From assembly GCA_963719555.1 (NCBI GenBank), contig CAVRCL010000003.1, positions 3,757-67,756 of the forward strand: a stretch of DNA of 64,000 nucleotides. Direction: 5' to 3'. The position numbers were made by a program, and so were the translations under genes. The notes beneath the pieces were generated by a model, which was given only the letters and a program-made list of their open reading frames with translations, made no database searches and had not been told where the DNA came from. Positions 10,307-20,227 of the stretch are shown here, piece after piece. Each line of letters begins with the position of its first letter. The stretch's first letter is position 1. The stretch is from Thermoanaerobaculia bacterium. GTDB lineage: Bacteria; Acidobacteriota; Thermoanaerobaculia; Multivoradales; JAGPDF01.

Positions 10307-11140
10307 ATGAGTCCTATCGCGATGCGGATTCCGCGCACCCTGGGGAGCTTCGCAGCCCTGATCGCCGCCGGCTTGTCGGTCGCCGGCTTGTCGCTCAGTG
10401 GCTGCGTCTCCTCGACCGACATCGATGCCCTTCACGACCAGATCGCGGACGTCCAGAGGCAGACAGCCCTGCTGCATCAGCAAGGCTCGAGCAAGCAGGA
10501 AGTCGCCGGTCTGGGGGCGACCATCCAGCGCCAGACCGAAGCGCTGCTCAAGGCCGAAGCGGACATGCGCCTCGACATCAATAGCCTCTCCGCGCAGATC
10601 GCCCAGCTCCAGGACAAGCTCGAAGACACCAACTATCGCCTGGCGCAGGTGTCGCAGCAGATCGCCGCCACAAACCAGGACCTGAAGGCGGCGCGGACTC
10701 CTCCGGCAGCTCCGGGCGCGCCCGCCGAGGCCGCCACCGCCACTGCGGATCCCGAGACGCTCTATCAGACCTCCTACAGCGATTACCTGCGGGGGAACTA
10801 CGACCTCGCGATGCTCGGCTTCAAGCAGTACCTCGAGGCCTTCCCCGAGACCGACCTGGCCGACAACGCGATCTACTGGATCGGCGAGTGCTCCTACCGC
10901 CAGCAGAAGTATGTCGAGGCGATCGCCGAGTACGACCGCGTCCTCAGGGAGTATCCGCGCAGCGACAAGACCGCCAGCGCCCAGCTGAAGAAGGGCTTCT
11001 CGCTCCTCGAGCTGGGGCAGAAGAAAGAGGGTACTGCCCAGCTGCAGAACGTGGCGAAGGCCTTCCCCTCGTCGGACGAGGCCAATCTGGCAAAACAGCG
11101 GCTGCAGAGCCTCGGCGTTGATCCGGGGACCCGGAAGTAG
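10307..11140 (+). CDS. ybgF: Tol-Pal system protein YbgF/CpoB (coiled coil plus TPR)
   Basis: Intact 277-aa ORF with a lipoprotein-like signal (LSLSGC), a coiled-coil N-terminal half and C-terminal TPRs (YQTSYSDYLRGNYDLAMLGFKQYL). It occupies the last position of the tol-pal cluster. Confidence 0.8.
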   Translation: MSPIAMRIPRTLGSFAALIAAGLSVAGLSLSGCVSSTDIDALHDQIADVQRQTALLHQQGSSKQEVAGLGATIQRQTEALLKAEADMRLDINSLSAQIAQLQDKLEDTNYRLAQVSQQIAATNQDLKAARTPPAAPGAPAEAATATADPETLYQTSYSDYLRGNYDLAMLGFKQYLEAFPETDLADNAIYWIGECSYRQQKYVEAIAEYDRVLREYPRSDKTASAQLKKGFSLLELGQKKEGTAQLQNVAKAFPSSDEANLAKQRLQSLGVDPGTRK

Positions 11141-11152
11141 TAGGATTCCTTT

Positions 11153-11180
11153 TTGCCCGGGTCGGGCCTACACTTAGATT
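11153..11180 (+). promoter_or_regulatory. Candidate sigma-70 promoter for rpsT
   Basis: TTGCCC (11153-11158), 16-nt spacer, TAGATT (11175-11180), about 19 nt upstream of the rpsT ATG. Pattern match only. Confidence 0.35.
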
Positions 11181-11198
11181 GAAGCGAAAGGATTCACC

Positions 11199-11462
11199 AT
11201 GGCGAACACCAAGTCGGCCAAGAAGCGGGCCGAGAAGTCGGCCGCTCAGCGGATCAAGAACCGCACGATGCGTTCCCGCATGCGCACCGCCGTCAAGAAG
11301 CTGCGCGCGGCAGTCGCCTCCGGCGACGAGAAGATGGCCCAGGAGCTCCTGCCCTTGACCCTCAAGGTAGTGGATTCCTCCGCCCAGAAGGGCATCATCC
11401 ACCGCAACACGGCGGCGCGGACCAAGTCCCGTCTCGTGGCGGCCCTCCGCAAAGCGCAGTAG
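11199..11462 (+). CDS. rpsT: 30S ribosomal protein S20
   Basis: Intact 87-aa ORF: MANTKSAKKRAEKSAAQRIKNRTMRS... Confidence 0.95.
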   Translation: MANTKSAKKRAEKSAAQRIKNRTMRSRMRTAVKKLRAAVASGDEKMAQELLPLTLKVVDSSAQKGIIHRNTAARTKSRLVAALRKAQ

Positions 11463-11481
11463 CCCCCGGCTTCCCCCGTCT

Positions 11482-12000
11482 TCAGAATCCTTCGAGCAGG
11501 TCGGTCACCAGGCTCTCCGCGAAGTCCTTCGCCGTCGCTTCGATGGCGGGGGTTTCGCGGTCCTGGAAGCCGAGCTCGGAGGCCTGAACCTCGTAGCTGC
11601 TGCGGAAGAGGTAGCTGTCGTTCGCGTACAGCAATGTCTCCGGCAACACCTGCTTGAACTTCACGCTGACCACGATCGCGATTTCGTACTCGGTCGCCCG
11701 GCCCTCGTCGTCGAAGGTCACGGGGCTCAGCGTGAACGAGCTCACCGTCCCGGTGAGCACGGCATCGGCGCCCTCCGCGGAGCTCAGGACCTCGAAGCGC
11801 TTCCGGTTGACCAGCTCGGTCGACAGCGCCCGGGTCAGGATCTGGTCGACCTGGCTGCGCGGGGTGGCGTTCTCGAGCGGCATGAGCTGCACCCGGCGCA
11901 CCTCCGGCGGCAGGTTCGAGCCCCGCCCGACCAGCGAGTAGCCGCAACCGGCGAGGGTGACGACGAGCAGAAACAGGGCGGATCGCTGGAGACGCTTCAT
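11482..12000 (-). CDS. lptE: LPS-assembly lipoprotein LptE
   Basis: Intact 172-aa ORF with lipobox LAGCGY. It sits immediately downstream of leuS with a 4-nt overlap, the classic leuS-lptE pair. Confidence 0.7.
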   Translation of the reverse strand: MKRLQRSALFLLVVTLAGCGYSLVGRGSNLPPEVRRVQLMPLENATPRSQVDQILTRALSTELVNRKRFEVLSSAEGADAVLTGTVSSFTLSPVTFDDEGRATEYEIAIVVSVKFKQVLPETLLYANDSYLFRSSYEVQASELGFQDRETPAIEATAKDFAESLVTDLLEGF

Positions 12001-14487
12001 GCCGGCATGTCCTTTCGAGTGACCAGATTCACCAGCCGTCCGGGGATGAACACGAACTTCTGAATCTCCCTGCCGCCGAGGTGCTCCTGCACCTTCGCGC
12101 TCTGCAGCACCGCCTGCCGGACCTCCTTCTCACGCCAGGCGCTCTCCACTTCGATGCGATCCCGGAGCTTGCCGTCGACCTGCACGACGAGCAGGAACTG
12201 CTCGCGCGCGAGCTTCGCCTCGTCCAGCACCGGCCAGTCGGTGTCGAGCAGGGACTGGCCGTGCCCGCGCATCTCCCAGAGCTCTTCGGTGATGTGCGGG
12301 GCCATCGGGTGCAGGAGCTGCAACAGAGTATCGAGCGCCGCCTCGCAGCAGATCTTCGAAGCGGTCTTGTCCTCGACGGCGCGCGTCAACCCGTTGAGGA
12401 ACTCCATCAACGCCGCAACTGCGGTATTGAACTTGAATCGATCGAGGTCGCGCGTGACGCGCTGAATCGTGACGTGCCGCAGGCGCTCGAGCGCCTCGTC
12501 GGACGGCGCGGTTGGCGGACACTCTTCCAGCCGCCCTGCCAGCCTCCAGATGCGGTGCAGGAAGCGGTAGGCCCCGGACACCGCCTCGTCGCTCCACTCG
12601 ACTTCATCTTCCGGTGGCCCCAGGAAGAGGGTGTAGACCCTTTCCGTGTCGGCGCCCATCTCTTCGATCAACGGGTCCGGCGAGACCGCGTTGCCCTTGG
12701 ATTTCGACATCTTCTCCACCCGCCCGGTTTTCTCGGCGAAGCGGGTGATCATCCCCTGATTGAACAGGTTGGTGAACGGCTCCTCGAAAGGCACGAGACC
12801 CATGTCGTGCAGGACGCGGCAGATGAAACGGGCGTAGAGCAGATGCAGGATCGCGTGCTCGATGCCGCCGATGTACTGGTCGACGGGGGCCCAGCGGGCC
12901 GCCGTCTCGGGATCGAAGATGCGTTGCGAGTCCCGCGCCGAGAGGTAGCGCAGGTAGTACCACGAGCTGTCGACGAAGGTGTCCATCGTGTCCGTCTCGC
13001 GTCGGGCCGGCTTCGTGCAGCGCGGACAGGTCGTGTTCACGAACGCTTCGCAGCGCGACAGAGGGTTGCCCTCCCTGCCGGTGAACTCGACCTCGTAGGG
13101 CAGCTCGATCGGCAGCTCGCTCTCCGGCACCGGAACGATCCCGCAGGCGTCGCAATAGACGACCGGAATCGGCGTTCCCCAATAGCGCTGGCGGGAGATC
13201 AGCCAGTCGCGCAGGCGGTAGGTCACCTTGGCGCGCCCCCAGCCGCCCTTCTCCATCCAGCCGATGAAGCGCTGAATCGTCTCGGCCCCGCCGGCGAGGC
13301 CGTCGAACTCGCCGCAGCCGCGAATCCGTCCCTCGTGCAGGATCGGCTGCGTCAGCTCGTCCGCGGTCACCGCACCGGCCTCCGGGTGGTAGACGAGGCG
13401 CACCGGGAGACCCTCCTGACGGGCGAAGGCGAGGTCGCGCCCGTCGTGCGCAGGGACGGCCATGATCGCGCCGCTGCCATAGTCAGGGAGAACGTAGTTG
13501 GCGAGCCAGACGGGAATCGCCTCGCCGGTCGCTCCGTTCATCGCCATCGCGCCGGTGAAACGCCCCTCCTTGGGTGAGCTCTCGCCCTCGCGCTCGATGC
13601 GCGGCGTCTTGCGGACCTTCTCGATCCAGGCCGCGATCGCTTCACGCTCCGGATGGTCGGCGACGAGCACCGCGGCCAGCGGGTGCTCGGGAGCGAGGAC
13701 CAGAAAGGTCGCGCCGTGAATGGTGTCGGGCCGCGTCGTGAAGACGGTGATCGGGGCCACGGAGTCGAACTGCCCGATCAGCGAGAAGTCGATCTCGCCG
13801 CCCTGGCGAGCGCCCGATCCAGTTGCGCTGCATCGCCTTCACCTTCTCCGGCCAACCGGCGAGTCCATCCAGACCGGCGAGAAGGCGATCGGCGAATTCG
13901 GTGATGCGGAAGAACCACTGCTCGAGCTCGCGCTGCTCCACGGCAGTGCCGCAGCGCTCGCAAGCGCCGTCGACAACCTGCTCGTTGGCCAGCACGGTGC
14001 GGCAACTGGGGCACCAATTGACCGGCGCCCGCCGCTTGTAGGCCAGGCCCTTCTCCAGCATCTGCAGGAAGAGCCACTGATTGAACTTGTAGTAGTCCGG
14101 CAGGCAGGACGTGATCTCCTTCGACCAGTCGTAGAGAATGCCCCACTTGCGAAACTGTTTCTTCATCACGCGAATGTTGTCGAGCGTCCAGTCGCGAGGG
14201 TGAATGCCGCGCTGGATCGCCGCGTTCTCCGCCGGCAGACCGAATGAGTCCCATCCCATCGGATTCAAGGCGCGGCGTCCGCGCATCCGCAGGTAACGGT
14301 AGAGCGCGTCGCCGAGGATGTAGTTGCGCCCATGGCCGACATGCAGCCGGTCGCCCGATGGGTAGGGAAACATCATCAGCATGTAGTACTTGTCGCGCGC
14401 GTTCTTGAGATCGACCTCCGCAACGCGCTGCTTTTCCCACCGCTCCTGCCACTTGGACTCGACCTGCCTGTGCTCGTAGCCGTTCAT
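11997..14487 (-). pseudogene. leuS: Leucine--tRNA ligase, split by a single frame disruption near 13805
   Basis: ORF 13642..14487 carries the N-terminus ([17 protein letters not shown] ... QRNWIGRS). ORF 11997..13760 carries the rest ([18 protein letters not shown] ... KMSKSKGN). Removing one base in cgctcgCCAGGGcgg at about 13805-13812 restores [23 protein letters not shown]. Confidence 0.9.
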
Positions 14488-15521
14488 TGCCCGCCGCCGC
14501 CCCCTCCCCCTCCGACACCGGCCGCCGAGCCGATCTCGAGGCTCGCCAGCTCTGCTCCGTGAATCGTGATCTCTCGTGTCGCTTCGACCCGTCCCCCGTC
14601 TCGGATCTGCACTTCATAGGTCGCCGGCGCGAGACCGAGGAAAGTCGCGGTCCCGCGGCGCACGCTCTCCACCCGCCGGCTGTCGGGCCCGATCAGCTCG
14701 GCCTCTGCGTTGGGGAAGCCGGGCACGATCAGGCGCAGCGCGGCGGCCCGGCGCGCGCCGCCGTTCGGGCGTGCGAGCACCAGGCGGGCCGGCGCCTGCG
14801 CCAGCAGATCGATCTCCTCGAGCCGGTTGTCGCGCGACAGCAGGAGCGCCGGCCCCGGCAGGTCGCTTTCCACGACGCTCGAAGCGAGCCGCAGGTAGGT
14901 CGCCGCGACGAAGTTCTGACTGGCGAGAGGATCCGAAAAGACCCATCCGCGATCGTCGTAGAAGACTTCGATCCAGCGGTGAAAGCCGGAACCTGTCCCG
15001 CCGGGAAGATCCTCGACGACGTAGCCGGCGGTCTCGCGCGCGGGAATGGCCAGGGCGTCGAGGAGCGCCACCGCCAATCGCGCCGTCCCGGTGCAATACG
15101 CCGAGCGGCGCGCCAGAACCGAACGGGCGTCCTGGGCGAGGGTGCGATCGAGCTCGTAGCGGACGTTGGCCGAAATCCAGCCGAGAATCCGCGAGACCGC
15201 CTCGAAGCGGGTCTTCGCTCCCGCGGCGACGGCGCGCGCCAGACGGGCTTCCGGAGTGCTCGCCGCAGGCAATTGGCGGCTGTCGAAGCGTTGCCGGCTG
15301 GCGAGCGGTGCGACATCGATCGCCACCTCCGCGACCGAATCCTCGACCACCAGCCGGTAACCGGTGTTGGCATAGGAATCGATCTGCACTCCGGCCGGGA
15401 TCAGCATCGTCGCCCTGTCGGTGCCTCGGACGACGTGCGTCGCCGCCGGGAGCGCCGGCGGGCACAATAGCCCGACGCTCAGGCCGAGCGCTGCGCTGAA
15501 GGCCGCCGCGGCGCGTGTCAT
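14484..15521 (-). CDS. Transglutaminase-like domain protein, secreted, with a C-terminal beta-sandwich-like tail
   Basis: ATG at 15521 ([19 protein letters not shown] signal). TGase core: [30 protein letters not shown]...[20 protein letters not shown]. The tail is eight glycines. It overlaps the nusB stop and the leuS start. Confidence 0.6.
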   Translation of the reverse strand: MTRAAAAFSAALGLSVGLLCPPALPAATHVVRGTDRATMLIPAGVQIDSYANTGYRLVVEDSVAEVAIDVAPLASRQRFDSRQLPAASTPEARLARAVAAGAKTRFEAVSRILGWISANVRYELDRTLAQDARSVLARRSAYCTGTARLAVALLDALAIPARETAGYVVEDLPGGTGSGFHRWIEVFYDDRGWVFSDPLASQNFVAATYLRLASSVVESDLPGPALLLSRDNRLEEIDLLAQAPARLVLARPNGGARRAAALRLIVPGFPNAEAELIGPDSRRVESVRRGTATFLGLAPATYEVQIRDGGRVEATREITIHGAELASLEIGSAAGVGGGGGGGGQ

Positions 15522-16033
15522 CGCAGACTTCCGGGCATCGGTTCGCTCTTCATCAGGCCGTCGAGGACTCCGTTCACGAACCTCCCCGACTGCTCCGATC
15601 CGAAGCGCTTCGCCAGCTCCACCGCTTCGTCCACGACCACGAGCTTGGGAACGTCGTTCTGGTGCCACATCTCGTAAATCGCCAGACGCAGGATGTTGCG
15701 GTCGACGGAGGGCATGCGCTCGAGGCGCCAGTTCTCCGCTTGGGCGCGGATCCGCTCGTCGATCTCCTGGCGGTGGCTCTCGACGCCCTCGCACGAGGCG
15801 GGAGGCGTAGACGAAGGCATCCTGGATCTCGTCCGAACGCGGCGCGGGGACGGATGGGCGACGGCGGGGCTTCGGGCTCCGCCTCGCGGGTGTCGAGCCT
15901 CGTCGGCACGCAGCTGGCGGATGTAGTCCTCGGGATCGAAGGTGCGCAGGACGTCGGCCAACGCGGATGCACCCAGATCGTGCTGGAAGAGCATCTGCAG
16001 GGCCATCTCTCTCGCCATCCTACGTTTTCCCAC
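15518..16033 (-). pseudogene. nusB: Transcription antitermination factor NusB. The ORF stays open but contains an internal out-of-frame patch.
   Basis: The N-terminus (MAREMALQMLFQ) and C-terminus (ESHRQEIDERI...WRLERMPSVDRNILRLAIYEM...AVELAKRFGSEQSGRFVNGVLD) are canonical. The middle (about 15790-15900) reads as Arg/Pro junk in the ORF frame. My translation of an alternative frame gives SDEIQDAFVYASRLVRG, which is the expected NusB segment. Confidence 0.85.
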
Positions 16034-16114
16034 TGACAGGACCCCTCTTCAAAGAGCCTCTCCGTCCTCGCGGACGAGCGATGCCGACTCGGATGACTCG
16101 CTGCGGAAGCGATG

Positions 16115-16594
16115 TCAGGTGCGCAGCCGGGCCAGCAGGCCCGCCATTTCGAGCGCCGCCAGGGCGGCCTCTTCGCCCTTGTTGCCTTCTTCGCCGCCGG
16201 CGCGCGCCAGCGCCTGCGCCATCGTCTCACAGGTCAGCACGCCGAAGGTCACCGGCAGCTCCCGGCGCAGCGCGACCTCGGCGATGCCCCGGCTGCACTG
16301 CGTCGGCGATGACCTCGAAATGCAGCGTCCCGCCGCGGATCAAGCACGCCGAGGGCGATCGAGGGCCGAGAACTCCCCGCTCCGGGCGAGCGCGTCGAGG
16401 CCGGCGGGGATCTCCCAGGCACCAGGCACGCGCACAACCTGGATATCGGCCTCCGCGACGCCGTGGGCGCGCAGGGCCGCCTGCGCCCCGGCGAGCAGGC
16501 GATCCACGATCGCGCCGTGGAAGCGCGCCGCGACGATGCCGAATCGCCGCCCGGCGCCGTCCAGCGAAAGGCTGTCAGGGACCCCGGAGTTCAC
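16115..16594 (-). pseudogene. ribH: 6,7-dimethyl-8-ribityllumazine synthase, with at least 3 internal frame changes that sum to zero
   Basis: ORF 16340..16594 gives RFGIVAARFHGAIVDRLL...VRVPGAWEIP. Other frames give SIALG, CLIRGGTLHFEVIAD, and VTFGVLTCETMAQALARAGGEEGNKGEEAALAALEMAGLLARLRT followed by a stop at 16115. Start to stop is 480 nt, a multiple of 3. Confidence 0.85.
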
Positions 16595-16673
16595 GATTAA
16601 CCCCTTTCAAATGAGAAGTCTACGAACTGCGCGCCGAAAGCTGTCAACGCGCCGCTGGAGGGCGTCGAAGCCG

Positions 16674-17382
16674 TCAGAGGTTGCCGCCGCGCGGCTGGAG
16701 GTGGATCTCGTCGACGCTGGTCGTCGGGTCGGCCTCGAGCGCCCAGACGATGGCCTTGGCGACCGCCTCGGGCGTGATCATCGACGCCGCGGTTCCACTC
16801 CCCCGGCACCGCCTCCCAGAGCGGGCTGTCGGTGGCCCCGGGTAGATCTCGGTCAGGCGGACCTGGGTGCCGGAGAGCTCCTCCCGCAAGGCAGCGACCG
16901 CGCCGCGCAGCCCCCACTTGCTCGCTGCGTAGGCCGACCAGTCGGGAAAGCCCTTCTTCGCCGCCACCGAGAGCAGGGCGAACAGATGTCCGCCGCTGCT
17001 GGAGGAGATCGGGAAGACAAGCTCGGTAAAGGAAAACGGCTCCCAGCAGATTGGTCTCCAGCGACTCGCGCCAGGTCTCGGGCTCGAGCTCGCCGAACGG
17101 CGCGACGCGCGCGACCCCTGCCGAAGGGACGACCACCTGCGGCTCGAAACCGGCCGCGATGCCCTGCTCGACCGCCGCCTGCACCGCGCGGCCATCGCGC
17201 ACATCGGCGACCACCGCAATCCCTTTACCGCCCGCGACGCGGAGCGTCGCGGTCGAGCGGCTCCGCGCGGCGGCCCAGGAGGACCAGCGGATGCCCCGGC
17301 GCGCCAAGGCCAGCGCCACCGCCCGCCCGATCCCGGAGCCCGCGCCGGAGATCACCGCGGCACCGAGGTTGTGGATTCTCAT
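16674..17382 (-). pseudogene. Short-chain dehydrogenase/reductase (SDR), frame-disrupted
   Basis: ORF 16597..17403 carries the Rossmann N-terminus (AAVISGAGSGIGRAVALALARRG) from the ATG at 17382. ORF 16674..17219 carries the catalytic YAASKWGLRG (YxxxK) and the C-terminus. Confidence 0.7.
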
Positions 17383-17410
17383 CGTCCTATCTGAAGCCGA
17401 CATAGTGAGG

Positions 17411-17749
17411 TCAGCCCCCAGCTTTCACCGCGCGCTGCAGGACCTCTGTCGCCCACTGGTTGAGGCTCTTCCCGGCCGCCTGCGCGACGACCAGGGCCTT
17501 GCCGTGGACTTCAGGCGGAACGCGGAGGAGCAGCTTTCCCGAGGCCGGCTTCTCCGGCTTGAGACCGAGCTCCGCGCACTCTGCCAGATAGTCCTCGATG
17601 GCCTTCTTGAACTCGGAACGCAGCTTGGTGACGGTCTCACCGTGGAAGCTGATGATGCTGCGCACGCCGAGAATGCGACCGACGAAGATGTTGTCCCGAT
17701 CGTCGAGCTCGATCCGCGCCGTGTAGCCCTTGTGCGTCATCGTGTTCAT
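17411..17749 (-). CDS. hicB: Type II antitoxin, HicB family
   Basis: 112-aa reading frame from the ATG at 17749: HKGYTARIELDDRDNIFVGRILGVRSIISFHGETV plus a C-terminal RHH-like segment LRVPPEVHGKALVVAQAAGKSLNQW. 4-nt ATGA overlap with hicA. Confidence 0.8.
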   Translation of the reverse strand: MNTMTHKGYTARIELDDRDNIFVGRILGVRSIISFHGETVTKLRSEFKKAIEDYLAECAELGLKPEKPASGKLLLRVPPEVHGKALVVAQAAGKSLNQWATEVLQRAVKAGG

Positions 17750-18000
17750 GGTCTGACTCCCACCCTCTCCAGCAACTCTCGCGCCTCCTCGACCTGGTAG
17801 CGCTTCGCTTCTTTCCCCGGATGAGGCCGGTGGCAGCGCCACTGCTCTCCCGCGAGCTCGATCTTCACCCGCGAACCCGCGCGCTCTTCGACGGAGCCGC
17901 CGAGCGCCCGAAGCAGCGCCTCGATGTCGGCGAATGGAATCGAAGCCAGCGTCGGCCGCGCGAAGATTGCCGCAAGCGTCTTCCGGTGCCTCGCGTTCAC
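17746..18000 (-). CDS. hicA: Type II toxin, HicA family (mRNA interferase-like)
   Basis: 84-aa ORF with a GTG start. NARHRKTLAAIFARP...IPFADIEALLRALGG...GSRVKIEL...HRPHPGKEAKRYQVEEARELLERVGV matches the HicA_toxin pattern as I remember it. Confidence 0.75.
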   Translation of the reverse strand: MNARHRKTLAAIFARPTLASIPFADIEALLRALGGSVEERAGSRVKIELAGEQWRCHRPHPGKEAKRYQVEEARELLERVGVRP

Positions 18001-18030
18001 GGTCCGATGCTAGCACCTTTCGATAGCGTT

Positions 18031-18057
18031 CGCCGCTGGCGCGAAACGCCAGCGGCG
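18031..18057 (-). other. Perfect 11-bp stem-loop between tRNA-Pro and hicA
   Basis: cgccgctggcg / cgaaa loop / cgccagcggcg. No U-tract follows on either strand, so a terminator role is uncertain. Confidence 0.4.
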
Positions 18058-18114
18058 TCAGGTCCTCAGCAGACCATCCGCCCCTAAGTCCTGGATTGGA
18101 TTGAGATTTGAAAC

Positions 18115-18191
18115 TGGTCGGGACGCCGGGATTTGAACCCGGGACCCCCTGAACCCCATTCAGGTACGCTACCAGACTGCGCCACGTCCCG
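18115..18191 (-). tRNA. tRNA-Pro (anticodon GGG)
   Basis: Hand-folded 77 nt: CGGGACG-TG-GCGC-AGTCTGGTA-GCGT-A-CCTGA-ATGGGGT-TCAGG-GGGTC-CCGGG-TTCAAAT-CCCGG-CGTCCCG-A-CCA. G37 and an encoded CCA are present. Confidence 0.9.
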
Positions 18192-18207
18192 ACCGAAAGC
18201 TGACTGT

Positions 18208-18735
18208 TTAGCGGGGATGCTTCTCGAGGATCGCCAAGGCGGCGCGGGCTTCCGCGAGCGCCTCCTCCACACCTCGAAGAAAGCTTTCTATCCGGTCGGG
18301 AGATCCGGTGTCAAGCGCAACCGCAGCTTTCCCGTTCGCGCCAGACGCCTGCTGCGCCGCAGGCGACTCTCCCGCGGTCCCGTTCGGCTCGTTCGGCGCG
18401 CTCGAATCCCGCGGATCGCTCGGATCCCTCGGATCATCCCGATCGAGATCGAACAAACCGCGCTTCGCCACCGCTGCCTTGCCCTCGTGCCCGACCTCGA
18501 CCTCGCGCGACTCGAGCTTCTTCTTGGCGCCAGCGATCGTGTAGCCCTCGTCGTAGAGGAGCTCCTTGATGCGGCGGATCACCGCGACCTCGGCCTCGGC
18601 GTAGACCCGCTGTCCGGACTGGCTCTTCGCCGGATGCAGGGCGACGAACTCGGTCTCCCAGTAGCGCAGCACATAGGGCTGGATATCGAGGAGCTTGCAG
18701 ACCTCGCCGATCTTGAAGCCTTTTTTCGCGCTCAT
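18208..18735 (-). CDS. MerR-family transcriptional regulator
   Basis: Intact 175-aa ORF. The N-terminal HTH is FKIGEVCKLLDIQPYVLRYWETEF...GQRVYAEAEVAVIRRIKELLYDEGYTIAGAKKKL. Confidence 0.75.
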   Translation of the reverse strand: MSAKKGFKIGEVCKLLDIQPYVLRYWETEFVALHPAKSQSGQRVYAEAEVAVIRRIKELLYDEGYTIAGAKKKLESREVEVGHEGKAAVAKRGLFDLDRDDPRDPSDPRDSSAPNEPNGTAGESPAAQQASGANGKAAVALDTGSPDRIESFLRGVEEALAEARAALAILEKHPR

Positions 18736-18798
18736 GTGCGACGGCGGGATCCTACGGCAGTCGGCGCACCGGCGTCGAGCGCCGCGGTCGCAGCCAGG

Positions 18799-20106
18799 TC
18801 ACTTGGTCCGCGCCCGGATCACCAGGCGCACCGGGATGCCGGCGAGCTGCAGCCGCTCGCGCAGGCGGTTCTCGAGGTAGCGGCGATAGGGATGGCTGTG
18901 CGGCAGCGTCCGGTTGGCGAAGATCATGAAGGTCGGCGGCCCCGAGGAGACCTGCGCCGAGTAGTAGATCTTCCACGGCCGATGGTTCACCGTCGGCGGC
19001 GAGTGCGCCGCGATGGCGTCCTCGAGCAGACGGTTCAGCTCGCCGGTCGTGAACTGCGAGCGGAAGCGCCCTCGCGCTTCCTCGACCGCCGGGAAGATCT
19101 TCTCCACGCCCCTGCCGGAGAGCGCCGAGAGATTGACCCGCGGCGGATCGGCGAGGATCTCCGCCAGGCGCGGCCAGCTGGAATCGAGCTTCTCGCGCGT
19201 CAGATCGTCGAGGAGATCCCACTTGTTCATCGCCACGACCGTCGCGCGGCCGGCCTCCCAGATCGCGCCCGCGATGGCGAGGTCGCTGCTGGTGACGCCA
19301 GAGGGCGCCTCGATCACCAGCAGGGCGACGTCGGCGCGCTCGACCTGGCGGCGCGCGAACATGACGGCGAGATCCTCCGGCGTGCCCGAGACCTTGGCGC
19401 GGCGACGGATGCCGGCGGTGTCGATGAACAGGAAGCGTTTGCCGTCGCGCTCGACCAGCGTGTCGATCGGATCGCGCGTCGTGCCCGCCACCGGCGAGAC
19501 CAGCACCCGGTTCTCGCCCAGGATCCGGTTGAGCAGCGACGACTTGCCGACATTCGGCCGCCCGACGATGGCGACCGGCGGAGCTTCGCCCTCGACGGGC
19601 TCCGCGATCCGCCGCGGCAGGACGGCGCGGATCCGGCTGCGCAGCTCGTCGAAACCCAGCCCGTGCTCCGCCGAGACCAGGATCGGCTCGGGATAGCCGA
19701 GGGTGTAGAACTCTCCCATGCCCTGCGCGACCTTCTGGTTCTCGCCCTTGTTGACCACCAGCAGGACCGACTTGCCGAGCGGGCGCAACTGCTCGACGAT
19801 GCGTTGGTCCGCCGGCACGATGCCTTCGCGGCCGTCGACCACCAGCAGCACGAGATCCGATTCGTCGATCGCGGCGCGGACCTGCTGGTTGAGCCCGAGC
19901 GGATCCTCGTCGAGCATGAGGCCGCCGGTGTCGATCCAGAGCACCGGCCAATCCTCGTCGAGCATCGCCTGCGCGATGTTGCGGTCGCGCGTCACCCCGG
20001 GCTGATCGTGCACGATCGCCTGCTTGCGGCCGACCAGCCGGTTGAAGATGGTCGACTTGCCGACGTTGGGCCGGCCAACGATGGACACAGCTGCGGTGGA
20101 GGTCAT
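18799..20106 (-). CDS. der: Ribosome-biogenesis GTPase Der (EngA)
   Basis: ATG at 20106 inside ORF 18799..20592. Two GTPase domains (IVGRPNVGKSTIFNRL and IVGRPNVGKSSLLNRI) plus a KH-like C-terminus. The upstream part of the track ORF runs antisense across tRNA-Leu and is not coding. Confidence 0.95.
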   Translation of the reverse strand: MTSTAAVSIVGRPNVGKSTIFNRLVGRKQAIVHDQPGVTRDRNIAQAMLDEDWPVLWIDTGGLMLDEDPLGLNQQVRAAIDESDLVLLVVDGREGIVPADQRIVEQLRPLGKSVLLVVNKGENQKVAQGMGEFYTLGYPEPILVSAEHGLGFDELRSRIRAVLPRRIAEPVEGEAPPVAIVGRPNVGKSSLLNRILGENRVLVSPVAGTTRDPIDTLVERDGKRFLFIDTAGIRRRAKVSGTPEDLAVMFARRQVERADVALLVIEAPSGVTSSDLAIAGAIWEAGRATVVAMNKWDLLDDLTREKLDSSWPRLAEILADPPRVNLSALSGRGVEKIFPAVEEARGRFRSQFTTGELNRLLEDAIAAHSPPTVNHRPWKIYYSAQVSSGPPTFMIFANRTLPHSHPYRRYLENRLRERLQLAGIPVRLVIRARTK

Positions 20107-20188
20107 GGATGGGTCGCTGGTCTTGCCGAGAGACGCGGAGACAGCTGCCCGTCTCCGCCCGGACACTCTAGCAAACCGCTGCGTGTGG

Positions 20189-20218
20189 TTGACAGTTTCG
20201 CGCGCCGGTCCATACAAT
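20189..20218 (+). promoter_or_regulatory. Near-consensus sigma-70 promoter for tRNA-Leu
   Basis: TTGACA (20189-20194), 18-nt spacer, TACAAT (20213-20218). The mature tRNA 5' end is at 20228. Confidence 0.55.
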
Positions 20219-20227
20219 GGCCGCAGC

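Noticed and set aside
14484-14520. Poly-glycine (G8) tail of the transglutaminase-like protein, overlapping the leuS start
   Set aside because: It is encoded by a CCG/CCC-rich tract that also forms the leuS 5' region. It is likely a compositional by-product of the gene overlap, and there is no evidence of function.
16600-18191. Genomic island integrated at tRNA-Pro
   Set aside because: No integrase is present, no direct repeat of the tRNA 3' end was found by eye, and only the two TA genes are accessory-like. It is retained only as a low-interest observation.
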